DNA of 63,656 nucleotides, the filler included, from a bacterium (GTDB lineage: Bacteria; UBP15; UBA6099; JAJRTR01): NCBI GenBank assembly GCA_024278215.1. It is 6 parts of 6 records of this genome, joined end to end, with 100 filler letters (N's around TTAATTAATTAA, not from the genome) between each part and the next. Parts side by side here need not be neighbours in the genome. Positions count along the whole stretch, not along the records: positions 44,961 to 56,610 come from JAJRTR010000135.1; positions 56,711 to 60,456 come from JAJRTR010000138.1; positions 60,557 to 63,656 come from JAJRTR010000156.1; 3 more parts are not named here. One strand, given 5' to 3'. The position numbers and the translations under genes are program-made. The notes under the pieces were generated by a model, which saw only the letters and a list, made by a program, of their open reading frames with translations, was not told where the DNA came from and searched no databases. Shown here piece by piece: positions 52,502 to 63,656 of the stretch (position 1 is its first letter; every line of letters starts with the position of its first letter).

Positions 52502-54409
52502 ATGGCGCATTTCACAAACGGTACGATATTTTCAAAGAGCATGAGCAAGTTTACGCTTCAGGATGTCGAAGAGCCAAACCTGCTCCGCGACCAGTTTCCT
52601 TACACAAGAGTGCCGAAGATAACATTCGACGGACAGTCGATAGAGATCAATCCGCCGCGCAGGATATGGATTACCGACACGACTTTCAGGGACGGCCAGC
52701 AGGCCCGCGAACCGTTTACCTCCCGCCAGATTGTCGATATCTACAAGCTTATGCACAAACTCAACGGCGACTCACATCTCGTCAGGCAATGCGAGTTCTT
52801 CCTGTACAGCGACAAAGATAAAAAAGCTGTTGAAAAATGCCTTGAACTCGGATACCGCACACCCGAGGTTACAGGCTGGATCAGGGCGGTTAAAAAAGAT
52901 TTCAAACTTGTCAGGCAAATGCAACTCAAAGAGACGGGCATCCTTACTTCCTGCTCGGACTACCACATTTTCCTGAAGCTGAAAAAGAATCGAAGGACGT
53001 GCATGGAGGGTTACCTGGAAGTCGTGCGCACGGCTATAGAGGCGGGAATCCGCCCCAGGTGCCACTTCGAGGATGTCACCCGGGCGGATATCTATGGTTT
53101 TGTTGTGCCTTTCGCTATCGAACTGATGAAATTGCGCGAAGACTCGGGTATCCCGGTGAAAATCCGGCTGTGCGACACCATGGGCTACGGAGTGCCGTTC
53201 GCCGAAGCAACTCTGCCGCGCTCGGTACCGAAACTTATTTATGCTATGGTGAATGACGCCGGTGTGCCGAGCGAACTGCTCGAATGGCACGGCCACAATG
53301 ACTTCCACCGTGTCGCCATCAACTCGACAACTTGTTGGCTCTACGGTTGCAGTTCGGTCAATACCGCCCTTTTCGGACTCGGCGAACGCACCGGCAACTG
53401 CCCGATGGAGGCTGCCGTGATGGACTATATCTCACTTGTCGGCGGCAACGACGGGATAGACACAAAAGTTATCACCGAACTGGCCGACTACTTCAGAACA
53501 CAGCTCAATCATAAATTCCCCGACAATATGCCTTTCGTCGGCAACAGTTTCAACATGACCAGCGCCGGCATACATGTCGACGGCCTCCTGAAAAACGAAG
53601 AAATCTACAATATCTTCGATACCAAATCAATTCTCGGCCGGCCCATCGGTGTTGTTATCACGGACAAGAGCGGTGTTGCCGGTGTCGCGCACTGGATCAA
53701 CGAATACCTCAATCTCGAAACACACGCAAGGATCCCCAAGAGCCATCCGGCCGTCAATATGATTTATCAGTGGATTTCCGAGCAGTATAAAAAAGGCCGC
53801 GTCCACAGCATATCGAATTCGGAAATGCTAAAGCTTGCAAGAAACCATCTGCCCGAATATTTCGATACCGATCTCAACGAACTCAAGCAGGCCGCCATCA
53901 GTCTTGTCGGGCACCTAATCATGCACCTCGTGGAAACACCTGCCATGATGAGCATGGATGTCGGGGCGCAGGAAGCGCTCATGGAGAAAATGATCGGAGA
54001 AAACCAATATGTCAACCTCATGATCGTTGCAAACACCGAGGGCGAGAAGCACACAAGGTTCTTCGGACGAAAGGGGCCGATCAAACCCAGAGACGAAGCC
54101 AAACTGGACAAGGATTACACGAACAGACGCTGGTTCAGGAAACCGCTCGAAATGGGCAACATGTTCATCAGCGATCTTTTTATATCCAAGATTACTAATC
54201 TACTCGGTATAATCGTGTCCGCGCCCATCAGGTCCGAGGATGGACGTGACGTGGGCGTTCTCCGGATCGACACAAGGTTCGACGACCTTATCAAGTCGGC
54301 ACATGGCGCTGAAGACGACGATCACGAAATGTTTAATAATGCGAAGACGAAGGCCAGGGCTACAATGAAAAGTAAAGCGGCAAAGAAAAAGAAGCGGCAG
54401 AAGTCATAA
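52502..54409 (+). CDS. DRE-TIM metallolyase, probable Re-citrate synthase, with C-terminal Cache-like domain
   Basis: [30 protein letters not shown]; followed by icd and mdh; C-terminal 'R.WF..P...SDLFIS..T...I.VSAPI' Cache-like pattern. Confidence 0.8.
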   Translation: MAHFTNGTIFSKSMSKFTLQDVEEPNLLRDQFPYTRVPKITFDGQSIEINPPRRIWITDTTFRDGQQAREPFTSRQIVDIYKLMHKLNGDSHLVRQCEFFLYSDKDKKAVEKCLELGYRTPEVTGWIRAVKKDFKLVRQMQLKETGILTSCSDYHIFLKLKKNRRTCMEGYLEVVRTAIEAGIRPRCHFEDVTRADIYGFVVPFAIELMKLREDSGIPVKIRLCDTMGYGVPFAEATLPRSVPKLIYAMVNDAGVPSELLEWHGHNDFHRVAINSTTCWLYGCSSVNTALFGLGERTGNCPMEAAVMDYISLVGGNDGIDTKVITELADYFRTQLNHKFPDNMPFVGNSFNMTSAGIHVDGLLKNEEIYNIFDTKSILGRPIGVVITDKSGVAGVAHWINEYLNLETHARIPKSHPAVNMIYQWISEQYKKGRVHSISNSEMLKLARNHLPEYFDTDLNELKQAAISLVGHLIMHLVETPAMMSMDVGAQEALMEKMIGENQYVNLMIVANTEGEKHTRFFGRKGPIKPRDEAKLDKDYTNRRWFRKPLEMGNMFISDLFISKITNLLGIIVSAPIRSEDGRDVGVLRIDTRFDDLIKSAHGAEDDDHEMFNNAKTKARATMKSKAAKKKKRQKS

Positions 54410-54458
54410 TTGCGGACATGCTTTTGCAAGAAGCTCGCTTGAGAAAAGGAATCGTACA

Positions 54459-56610
<2,152 letters not shown>

Positions 56611-56735
56611 NNNNNNNNNNNNNNNNNNNNNNNNNNNNNNNNNNNNNNNNNNNNTTAATTAATTAANNNNNNNNNNNNNNNNNNNNNNNNNNNNNNNNNN
56701 NNNNNNNNNNCGTGTCACCGTCTCTGCGCTTTACT

Positions 56736-57124
56736 GTCACACCGGAAGACGACACCCCGAACGATGGACGCCATCGCCATAGCGTGTCACCGTCTCTGCG
56801 CTTTACGGTCACACCGGCAGACGACACCCCGAACGATGGACGCTAAGAAAAAAAGAAAACTTCTCGGATTCACTCAGTCACACCGGCAGACGACACCCCG
56901 AACGATGGACGCTTCGGTTTCCTCCTCTCTTTCGTGCGGAACGACTAGTCACACCGGCAGACGACACCCCGAACGATGGACGCGGATAATGATGGATTAC
57001 CGTCTTGCGATAGAATATGTCACACCGGCAGACGACACCCCGAACGATGGACGCTCTATGTGTGCCGGAAACATTATACGATATAATCGTCACACCGGCA
57101 GACGACACCCCGAACGATGGACGC
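56736..57124 (-). CRISPR. CRISPR array: 6 repeats of 36 nt, 5 full spacers of 33-36 nt, truncated at contig start
   Basis: GTCACACCGGCAGACGACACCCCGAACGATGGACGC at 56736, 56808, 56877, 56948, 57019, 57089; leftmost repeat has 1 mismatch; orientation inferred from the non-coding leader-like region on the right. Confidence 0.93.
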
Positions 57125-57614
57125 TGGCATAAGCTAAAGGAAACAAGGCGTTTTCTGAAACCAGCGAACAGCAACCGCCGTCACATCATTCCAGCTATGG
57201 GAAAAACGGAGAGGGCTCGATGCTTTCGCATTTACACAAAGAGGTTTATAAGGAGCCCTGGCTCCCGATTCACTACTGTAAAAACCTCGTTGTCGAACCT
57301 ATAAATTAAAAAATGCTTTATTCCAAGGCTCTTTTTATAAACACCCTCAAAACGCCGTGCTGCTTACCACCGCAATTGTATGGGTTCGCTCACAATAAAA
57401 ATGGAATGGAACCCATACCATGATAATTGACCGAGTTTTATTCCCCCAACCCCGATTTTGCATTTATCTTTGCACATGCAGCAGTGTCCTATATGTCCCA
57501 TATATGTCTCATAAAATTAACGGTTTGGAGAAAAAAAGACCCGCTGGGTAACAGCCATCAAGCCAGTTTTATCTTTAGTACGATTGTTAAATGTCAGAAA
57601 CTTTTCATAAAATA

Positions 57615-57792
57615 GAGCCAATTGCAAAATTATGTTCGTAGCGAGGTCGAGCGAAATTGTTCAGAGCAAGGCGGAGGTGTAAAATCCTCGCAGGCTTACT
57701 TGTAGAGTACGTCGAGGACGATTTTGTGCCGACAACGCAGCTATGGACAATAGCAGCCGACCGCAGCAGAATCAGAATTTTGCAATTGGCTC
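57615..57792 (+). mobile_element. MITE family A, full copy
   Basis: Perfect TIRs, 4-bp duplication AATA. Confidence 0.9.
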
Positions 57793-57815
57793 AATAGTGC
57801 GTTGGATTGCAGCTT

Positions 57816-58871
57816 TTATTTGCGCAACGCATACCATGTTCCGCGACCGGTACCGTGCTGGGACAGACGACCGGTCTCGACAAGTTTCTTCAGATGGAAC
57901 TTGATTGTGTTCCGGTTGGCACCAGATATTTTTACCGCGTCGGATATGGTTACGCGACCATGTTCACGAGCCAGTTGAACGATTTGTTGTGAAAGAGGCG
58001 GCAGTTCGCCGATGATGCGCTCACGCTCCACTTTTTTTTGGAGTGCGTTTTTCTGCGCTACCATGCATTCGAGAAAAAATTCCACCCACACGCGTAACTG
58101 TGAATTATCAGTATCAAGCGTGGCCTGGGCACGCCGCAGGGAGAGGTAGTAGCCGTCTTTGTTGTCTTCAATAACGCGCTCCATCGAACTAAACGGAACA
58201 TAAGAATATCCGGACCGCAGGAGCAGCAGCGTCGTGAGTGCGCGTGAAAGCCGCCCGTTGCCGTCCTGGAACGGATGAATGGCAAGGAAGCGCACGACAA
58301 ATACGGCGATTACAAGCAAGGGATGATAAGTGCCGGACCCGAACGTTTCACTGGTCCAGGCGATAAGAGCCTCCATCAATCTCGGCGTATCGAAAGGTGA
58401 CGTCGTTTCAAATATGATGCCGAGGCTTTTCCCGTTCTCGTCAAACGCTTCAACATGATTCGGCAGGTTTTTGTAGTTTCCTCTGTGCCGGACGTCTTTA
58501 TCCGAATGTTTCAAAAGAACGCAATGGAGCTGCTTGATGCGATTTTCCGTTAGGGCAATTTCACTCCATGAACTGAAAACCATCTCCATCAGTTCCGCGT
58601 ACCCGGCAACTTCCTGTTCGTCACGGGAGCGGAACGAGTGAATCTGGACCCCAGTCAGAAGCCGTTCGATTTCCACATCGGTAAGCCGGACCCCCTCAAT
58701 TCTGGTCGACGAGCCGATAGATTCGATAGTAGCTACCTTCTTAAGTGCGGACAGTCGGTCCGGCTCGAGAAGCCCAAGCGCATGCCATTGACCTTTGAAC
58801 TCGTCAACTTCTGCGATCAGGCGAAGTACTTTCTGAGTTATTTCGAAGTTAGCAAGAAAACCCATATTCAA
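57816..58871 (-). CDS. Fic family protein with C-terminal winged HTH
   Basis: HPFQDGNGRLSR Fic motif; SSTRIEG (S/T)xxxE(G/N) inhibitory motif; G.GRGTWY wHTH end. Confidence 0.93.
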   Translation of the reverse strand: MNMGFLANFEITQKVLRLIAEVDEFKGQWHALGLLEPDRLSALKKVATIESIGSSTRIEGVRLTDVEIERLLTGVQIHSFRSRDEQEVAGYAELMEMVFSSWSEIALTENRIKQLHCVLLKHSDKDVRHRGNYKNLPNHVEAFDENGKSLGIIFETTSPFDTPRLMEALIAWTSETFGSGTYHPLLVIAVFVVRFLAIHPFQDGNGRLSRALTTLLLLRSGYSYVPFSSMERVIEDNKDGYYLSLRRAQATLDTDNSQLRVWVEFFLECMVAQKNALQKKVERERIIGELPPLSQQIVQLAREHGRVTISDAVKISGANRNTIKFHLKKLVETGRLSQHGTGRGTWYALRK

Positions 58872-59248
58872 TCACCCACTTTACTACCCAATATTACCCA
58901 ATTATTAGCAAACCTGTCAAGACTTTGGATAATCTTGGGTAATTTTGTGGGCGGTCAAACTTGTTCCAGGAATACATCATCTGCCCTGCGGTCAATGGCG
59001 GGCAGATCTCCGAGCAGTAATACATCTAAAAAACGTTTCAACAGCGATTCCGTCCTGTATGAAGTCCTTTGTCAAACGGGCGCGGAAACGGCCTCCGGCG
59101 TGCTTTTGCTCGACGGCGGAGAAGAAAGCGCGTTACATCCGAAAATCGGCGGGGTCACAAAAAACCGCGCAAACAGCGGGCTTTCTTTGATAGAGGGCGG
59201 GAACGCCAACGAAACAAGTCGCGCACATTTTTGTGCATATGATACAAA

Positions 59249-59338
59249 CGGAGAGTGAGGGATTCGAACCCTCGAAGAGCCTGTTAAGCCCTTAATCGCT
59301 TAGCAGGCGATCACCTTCAGCCACTCGGTCAACTCTCC
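59249..59338 (-). tRNA. tRNA-Ser(GCT)
   Basis: GGAGAGT/ACTCTCC acceptor stem, ATCGC-CTGCTAA-GCGAT anticodon arm, long variable arm, GGTTCGAATCC; CCA not encoded. Confidence 0.95.
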
Positions 59339-59658
59339 TTCTTTGCCTGCTTTGCCATTCCATAATAACATATCGTTGTTCTGTCTTCAAGTGTTGATTA
59401 TTACGAATATCTGTTCTCTGTCTTTTTGTCTTTTCGTCTTTCGCGCAAATGCTGCGCGTGTTCCGCTTCGACAGGTACCGATATGGCTGCTCACGATTGC
59501 AATCCGCCGGAAAACTCTTCAACATCTCGTCTTCGATTTCAAAGAACGGCGTGTCGACAGGATTTTGTCAAAACCCGGCCACCTGAAAAACACACCTGTT
59601 GCCTGTAGACCGGATTTTTTTCACAAAGAAATCCGAAAACATCGTTGAAAACGCTCCG

Positions 59659-59837
59659 GAGCCAATTGCAAAATTATGTTCGAGGCAAGGTCGAACGAAA
59701 TTATTCTGAAACAAGGCGGAGGTGCAAAATCACCACAGGCGTACTCGCCGAGTACGTTGAGGATGATTTTGTGCCGACAACGCAGCTATGGACAATTGCA
59801 GCCGACCGCAGCCGAATCAGAATTTTACAATTGGCTC
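59659..59837 (+). mobile_element. MITE family A, full copy
   Basis: TIRs, 4-bp duplication TCCG. Confidence 0.9.
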
Positions 59838-59887
59838 TCCGGTTTGTTGCATTACTGATCGCTTATTTGTGAGTGACATGCGTTGTA

Positions 59888-60271
59888 TCAGCAGGAGTTG
59901 TCTTCGATAACAACCATTGCGGCGGCGGTCTTCGAGGTATGTGAAAGGCTGACGGAGATAGTGGCGTGTTGTGAATTTGTGAGCAGTTCGGCTGCCTCGC
60001 CATGCAGCACTATTCGCGGTTTTCCGGAGGGACTCGATATTACTTCTATATGTTTCGGCATGAATACCGGTGTCTGCCGGGGCAGAGCTTTATACACGGC
60101 TTCTTTTGCGGCGAACCGGGCGGCGTAGCAGGGCGCGGGGTTTCGTCGTGATTCGCAGTATTTACGTTCTTCTTCGGTGAAAATCCTGTCTGCCCAGCGA
60201 CGGCCCCATCTGTCGAGCGAGCAGGCGACACTGTCAATTTCCACTATGTCTATTCCTATGCCGAGTACCAT
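59888..60271 (-). CDS. acpS: Holo-[acyl-carrier-protein] synthase
   Basis: GIGIDIVEI, AARFAAKEAVYKAL, VSLSH. Confidence 0.95.
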   Translation of the reverse strand: MVLGIGIDIVEIDSVACSLDRWGRRWADRIFTEEERKYCESRRNPAPCYAARFAAKEAVYKALPRQTPVFMPKHIEVISSPSGKPRIVLHGEAAELLTNSQHATISVSLSHTSKTAAAMVVIEDNSC

Positions 60272-60282
60272 TTATTTCCCTT

Positions 60283-60456
60283 GAGCCAATTTTTAAATTA
60301 CGTTTGTGACGAGTCCGAGCGAAATTATTCCGAGCAAGGCGGAGACGCGAAATCCCCCGCAGGCGTATAAAGTACGTCGAGGACGATTTCGCGCCGATAA
60401 CGCGGCCCGGAGCAATTGCAGCCGGAAGTAGTAGAACTGAATTTTGCAATTGGCTC
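60283..60456 (+). mobile_element. MITE family A, diverged full copy at contig end
   Basis: GAGCCAATTTTTAAA...TTTTGCAATTGGCTC. Confidence 0.8.
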
Positions 60457-60556
60457 NNNNNNNNNNNNNNNNNNNNNNNNNNNNNNNNNNNNNNNNNNNN
60501 TTAATTAATTAANNNNNNNNNNNNNNNNNNNNNNNNNNNNNNNNNNNNNNNNNNNN

Positions 60557-61897
60557 TCCAATTTTCCTCGGCGAGCCGCCTTCAAGGACGATCTCGCCGT
60601 TATCCGGTCGCCGCACCTCGAGTCCTTTTTCAAAACCATTAAGTATCCTGTACTGGAGTTCGTACCGTTCCTTATAAGCCGAGGTATCTGTCGGGTCGCC
60701 GTCGCTGTTATACCGTATCGGGCCGTTATCGGCACTCTGTGTTTTCCTTATATCTTTTGCGATTGCGGCATCCGCGCGAAAAACAGCGTCGTCGAGAGAA
60801 AGCCCATAGAAGATCGGTTTGCCGTCCTTCAAAATTACTTTGCCGTTCTTGTCCACAGCCTTGGCGCCTTTTTCCCTCGGGTCGCCGGCTTTAAAAACGA
60901 TCGTGTGTTCGGCATCGGTCTCGACAGCAACCGCGCCGGGTGACCAGTTTTTGCTTCCATACCTGTCCGCGTCTCCGTCCGCAATCATGAAATTATAGCC
61001 GAGCGTCTTCCTGGTTTTCTTCATTATTCTCACAGCCTCGTCAAGATCGGAAGACCGTTCGAGGATATCCCGCAGCATGATAGTCCATGGTGTGCCATCG
61101 AGCGTTTCCTCGGAATTCACAGCGCCGACTTCCGCCACTGCTATACCTTTCTCATTCATGCCCGCAAGCGCACCGGGAAGCCCTGCCGCGCCTACCGTCA
61201 TATAGCCGTTAAGTTTTTTACCGTTTCTGCCCACAGGCGCATAAACAGTCACGATTTTATAGTCCGAAATGCCGGTCATTTTATGCCAGTCCAGGTCCCT
61301 GCTCGCATAAAGTTTGCCGTCTTCCGCGCGTGAGCCCCATGCCGCGAAAAAACTGCACGACGGGATATGGTCTTTCGGAACATAAGCCCCGCCTCTGCCG
61401 CCGCGCGGCAGCATTACGCTCAGGTCGTAGGCATCTGAAATATTCGACATATATATGCCCGAATAGAGCAGTTGTTCATCAATTTCCACACCCGCTTCTT
61501 TCGCCCCCTCGACTATTCCCTTTATCTCTTCCCCGAATCGCGGCGGTATGTGCGGATTCATCTTTTTGTGGAGCACAGGCATGACGACTTCATAAGACGA
61601 ACCGAAGTCGTATACCTTCCTGTCGATGAGATTGCGAAAAACCGTCAGTGATTCGGAGAGAACCGGCGCGAGTAGTTTCCCATACTGGCGGCCCATCTCG
61701 CGGTGTGTGCCCTCGAGCAGCACAACACGAAACTTTCCTTCAGGCGTCTGCATCTCCATAAGTTTCGCCGGACCTTCGGTCGCCACAACCTCAAGCTTGC
61801 CTTCCGTGTCGATCACTTTCGGCACGAGTGAATATGAGCGGCCTGCTGAACATAAAAATAGTACAATAAACAAAAGGTGCATACTGAATCTTTTCAT
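60557..61897 (-). CDS. Secreted C45-family (Ntn-hydrolase) peptidase/acyltransferase, 3' truncated
   Basis: Signal peptide, EMGRQYG, CSFFAAWG, RDLDW, GMNEKGI. Confidence 0.8.
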
Positions 61898-62075
61898 GTC
61901 GGTCATTCTCCGGTATTCGATTATAAAAAACATGTTAAAAATATCATAACATACATAGTCTATAGTTATCCAATGAAAAACAACACTAACCGCGTATTTC
62001 GACAATGCAGGAGAAAACGTTGTGCGCACGATGCACGTTGACAATAAATATGTGCTCTGATAATCTTCCATTTAT

Positions 62076-62256
62076 GAGCCAATTGCAAAATTATGTTCGT
62101 AGCGAGGTCGAGCGAAATTGTTCAGAGCAAGGCGGAGGTGTACAATCCTCGCAGGCGTACTTTTAGAGTACGTCGAGGACGATTTTGCGCCGACAACGCA
62201 GCAGCTATGGACAATAGCAGCCGACCACAGCAGAATCATAATTTTACAATAGGCTC
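62076..62256 (+). mobile_element. MITE family A, full copy
   Basis: TIRs; flanks TTAT/ATAT. Confidence 0.85.
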
Positions 62257-62343
62257 ATATGACGAACATTTCCTGTTTGTTATCTGTCTCAGGAATAAAC
62301 AAAGCACAAAATTCACAGCCGACGCGGTCGGCGGGGAGGCTCA

Positions 62344-63656
62344 ATGAGCATATTCAAGGCTTATGACATCAGGGGTATTGTTCCGGATCAGCTGGACGAG
62401 GAACTGGCATATAAAATCGGGCGCTCGTTCGTGTCATTTCTCGAATGCGACAGGGTGGTTGTGGGCCGTGACGTGCGAACGACGGGCGATATGATGTTCG
62501 AGGCGCTCGCGCGCGGCATCACCGATCAGGGCGCGGACGTGATCGACATAGGCAGATGCGACACGCCCATGCTATACTTTGCCGCACAGGGGCATCCCGC
62601 CGCCATAAACATTACAGCATCGCACAATCCGCCCCAGTACAACGGTTTCAAACTCTGCCGCGAAAACGCCGTTCCCATCAGCGGGGCGACGGGTATCAAG
62701 GATATCGAGCGAATCTGCGCCAAAGGCGATTTCGCGCAGCCGGAGTCAAAGGGCATTATCAAAAAACTTGATGTCCTCGACGATTTTGTGAATTATTCCG
62801 TATCGTTCGCACGACCCGCGCCCGGCAGCAAAAGGCTCAGGATTGTTATCGACGGCGCAAACGGAGCAGGCACACTCACATTTCCGCACATAATCGAGCG
62901 GCTCGATCACGACTTCGACCCGCTTTACATGGAACCCGACGGAACTTTCCCGAACCACGAGGCGAATCCGCTCATAGAGTCGAATCTCGACGACCTGAGG
63001 GGGAAAGTCACAGACACAGGCGCCGACCTCGGCGTCGCTCTCGACGGCGATGCCGACAGGTGCATGTTCATCGACGAAACAGGCCGTACCGTCCGTGCCG
63101 ATATTATGGGCGATATCATTGCACGCGAACTCCTGAAGGAACACAGGGGCGCAGCAGTGCTTTATGATCTGCGCTCGACGCGCGCCGCCGCCGAAGACAT
63201 CGAAAGCAACGGCGGCAAAGCAATTAAATGCCGCGTCGGCCACGCTTTTATCAAACAGCAGATGCGCGAAAACGACGCACTGTTCGCTTCCGAACTTTCC
63301 GGCCATTTCTATTTCAAGGAACACTTTTTTACCGAAAGTTCCGCAATAGCCATGATCAGCGTAATCAACATGATGGCCGAAAGCGGCAGGAAACTGAGCG
63401 AACTCGCCGGGTCGGCGCTCCGCTACTCGCATTCCGGTGAGATAAACTTCGAGGTCGACGACAAAGACACCGTGTTGAAGAGATTGGAAGAGAAGTTCGG
63501 CACCGAAGGCAGCGTCACGCATCTCGACGGTCTCAGTATAGACTTCGACGACTGGTGGTTCAACGTCAGGGCGAGCGACACCGAACCGCTTCTGCGGCTC
63601 AATCTCGAAGCGCCCGACCCGGACAGAATGGAGAAACTCAGGAAAGGATTGATCGA
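62344..63656 (+). CDS. Phosphomannomutase/phosphoglucomutase (runs off window; absent from the ORF track)
   Basis: Own translation: MSIFKAYDIRG, TASHNPPQYNG, FPNHEANP, DGDADR, ELSGHFY, WFNVRASDTEP.LRLNLE; GGAGG RBS. Confidence 0.95.
   Translation, partial: MSIFKAYDIRGIVPDQLDEELAYKIGRSFVSFLECDRVVVGRDVRTTGDMMFEALARGITDQGADVIDIGRCDTPMLYFAAQGHPAAINITASHNPPQYNGFKLCRENAVPISGATGIKDIERICAKGDFAQPESKGIIKKLDVLDDFVNYSVSFARPAPGSKRLRIVIDGANGAGTLTFPHIIERLDHDFDPLYMEPDGTFPNHEANPLIESNLDDLRGKVTDTGADLGVALDGDADRCMFIDETGRTVRADIMGDIIARELLKEHRGAAVLYDLRSTRAAAEDIESNGGKAIKCRVGHAFIKQQMRENDALFASELSGHFYFKEHFFTESSAIAMISVINMMAESGRKLSELAGSALRYSHSGEINFEVDDKDTVLKRLEEKFGTEGSVTHLDGLSIDFDDWWFNVRASDTEPLLRLNLEAPDPDRMEKLRKGLI

Noticed and set aside
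56772-57088. Self-targeting by CRISPR spacers
   Set aside because: No match noticed elsewhere in the window by eye; not an exhaustive search
57180-57185. GTCACA match to the CRISPR repeat in the leader
   Set aside because: Only 6 nt, same orientation as the repeats and out of register; insufficient for a degenerate repeat or anti-repeat
56764-57304. ORFs with repeated peptides (SHRQTTPRTMDA)
   Set aside because: Translations of the CRISPR repeats
58900-59240. ORFs 58638-59258 and 58945-59190 between Fic and the tRNA
   Set aside because: No recognisable motif or RBS; one overlaps Fic antisense and runs into the tRNA

Overview
Bacterial draft or metagenome-assembled sequence made of six contig pieces joined by artificial N/TTAATTAATTAA linkers (16060-16159, 31916-32015, 44861-44960, 56611-56710, 60457-60556), so adjacency across linkers is not biological evidence. 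It contains groES-groEL with a CIRCE operator, a TyrRS carrying an N-terminal YbaK-like domain, an orphan divergent FtsZ-like gene, and a flagellar fliD(interrupted)-fliS-maf-dehydratase cluster. A FapA/phosphorelay signalling island has two putative sigma-54 promoters sharing an upstream motif. Metabolic genes include cobO, an ADP-forming acyl-CoA ligase, a Re-citrate-synthase-like gene, icd, mdh, acpS and a PMM/PGM. There is also a cobalamin riboswitch with no obvious B12 gene behind it, tRNA-Ser(GCT), a Fic gene and a cas-less CRISPR array with an atypical 36-nt repeat. Intergenic DNA is densely populated by several MITE/REP families. The best candidates for novelty are the CRISPR array with its structured leader, the YbaK-TyrRS fusion and the MITE families. 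All family assignments come from motif recognition by eye, not from database searches.
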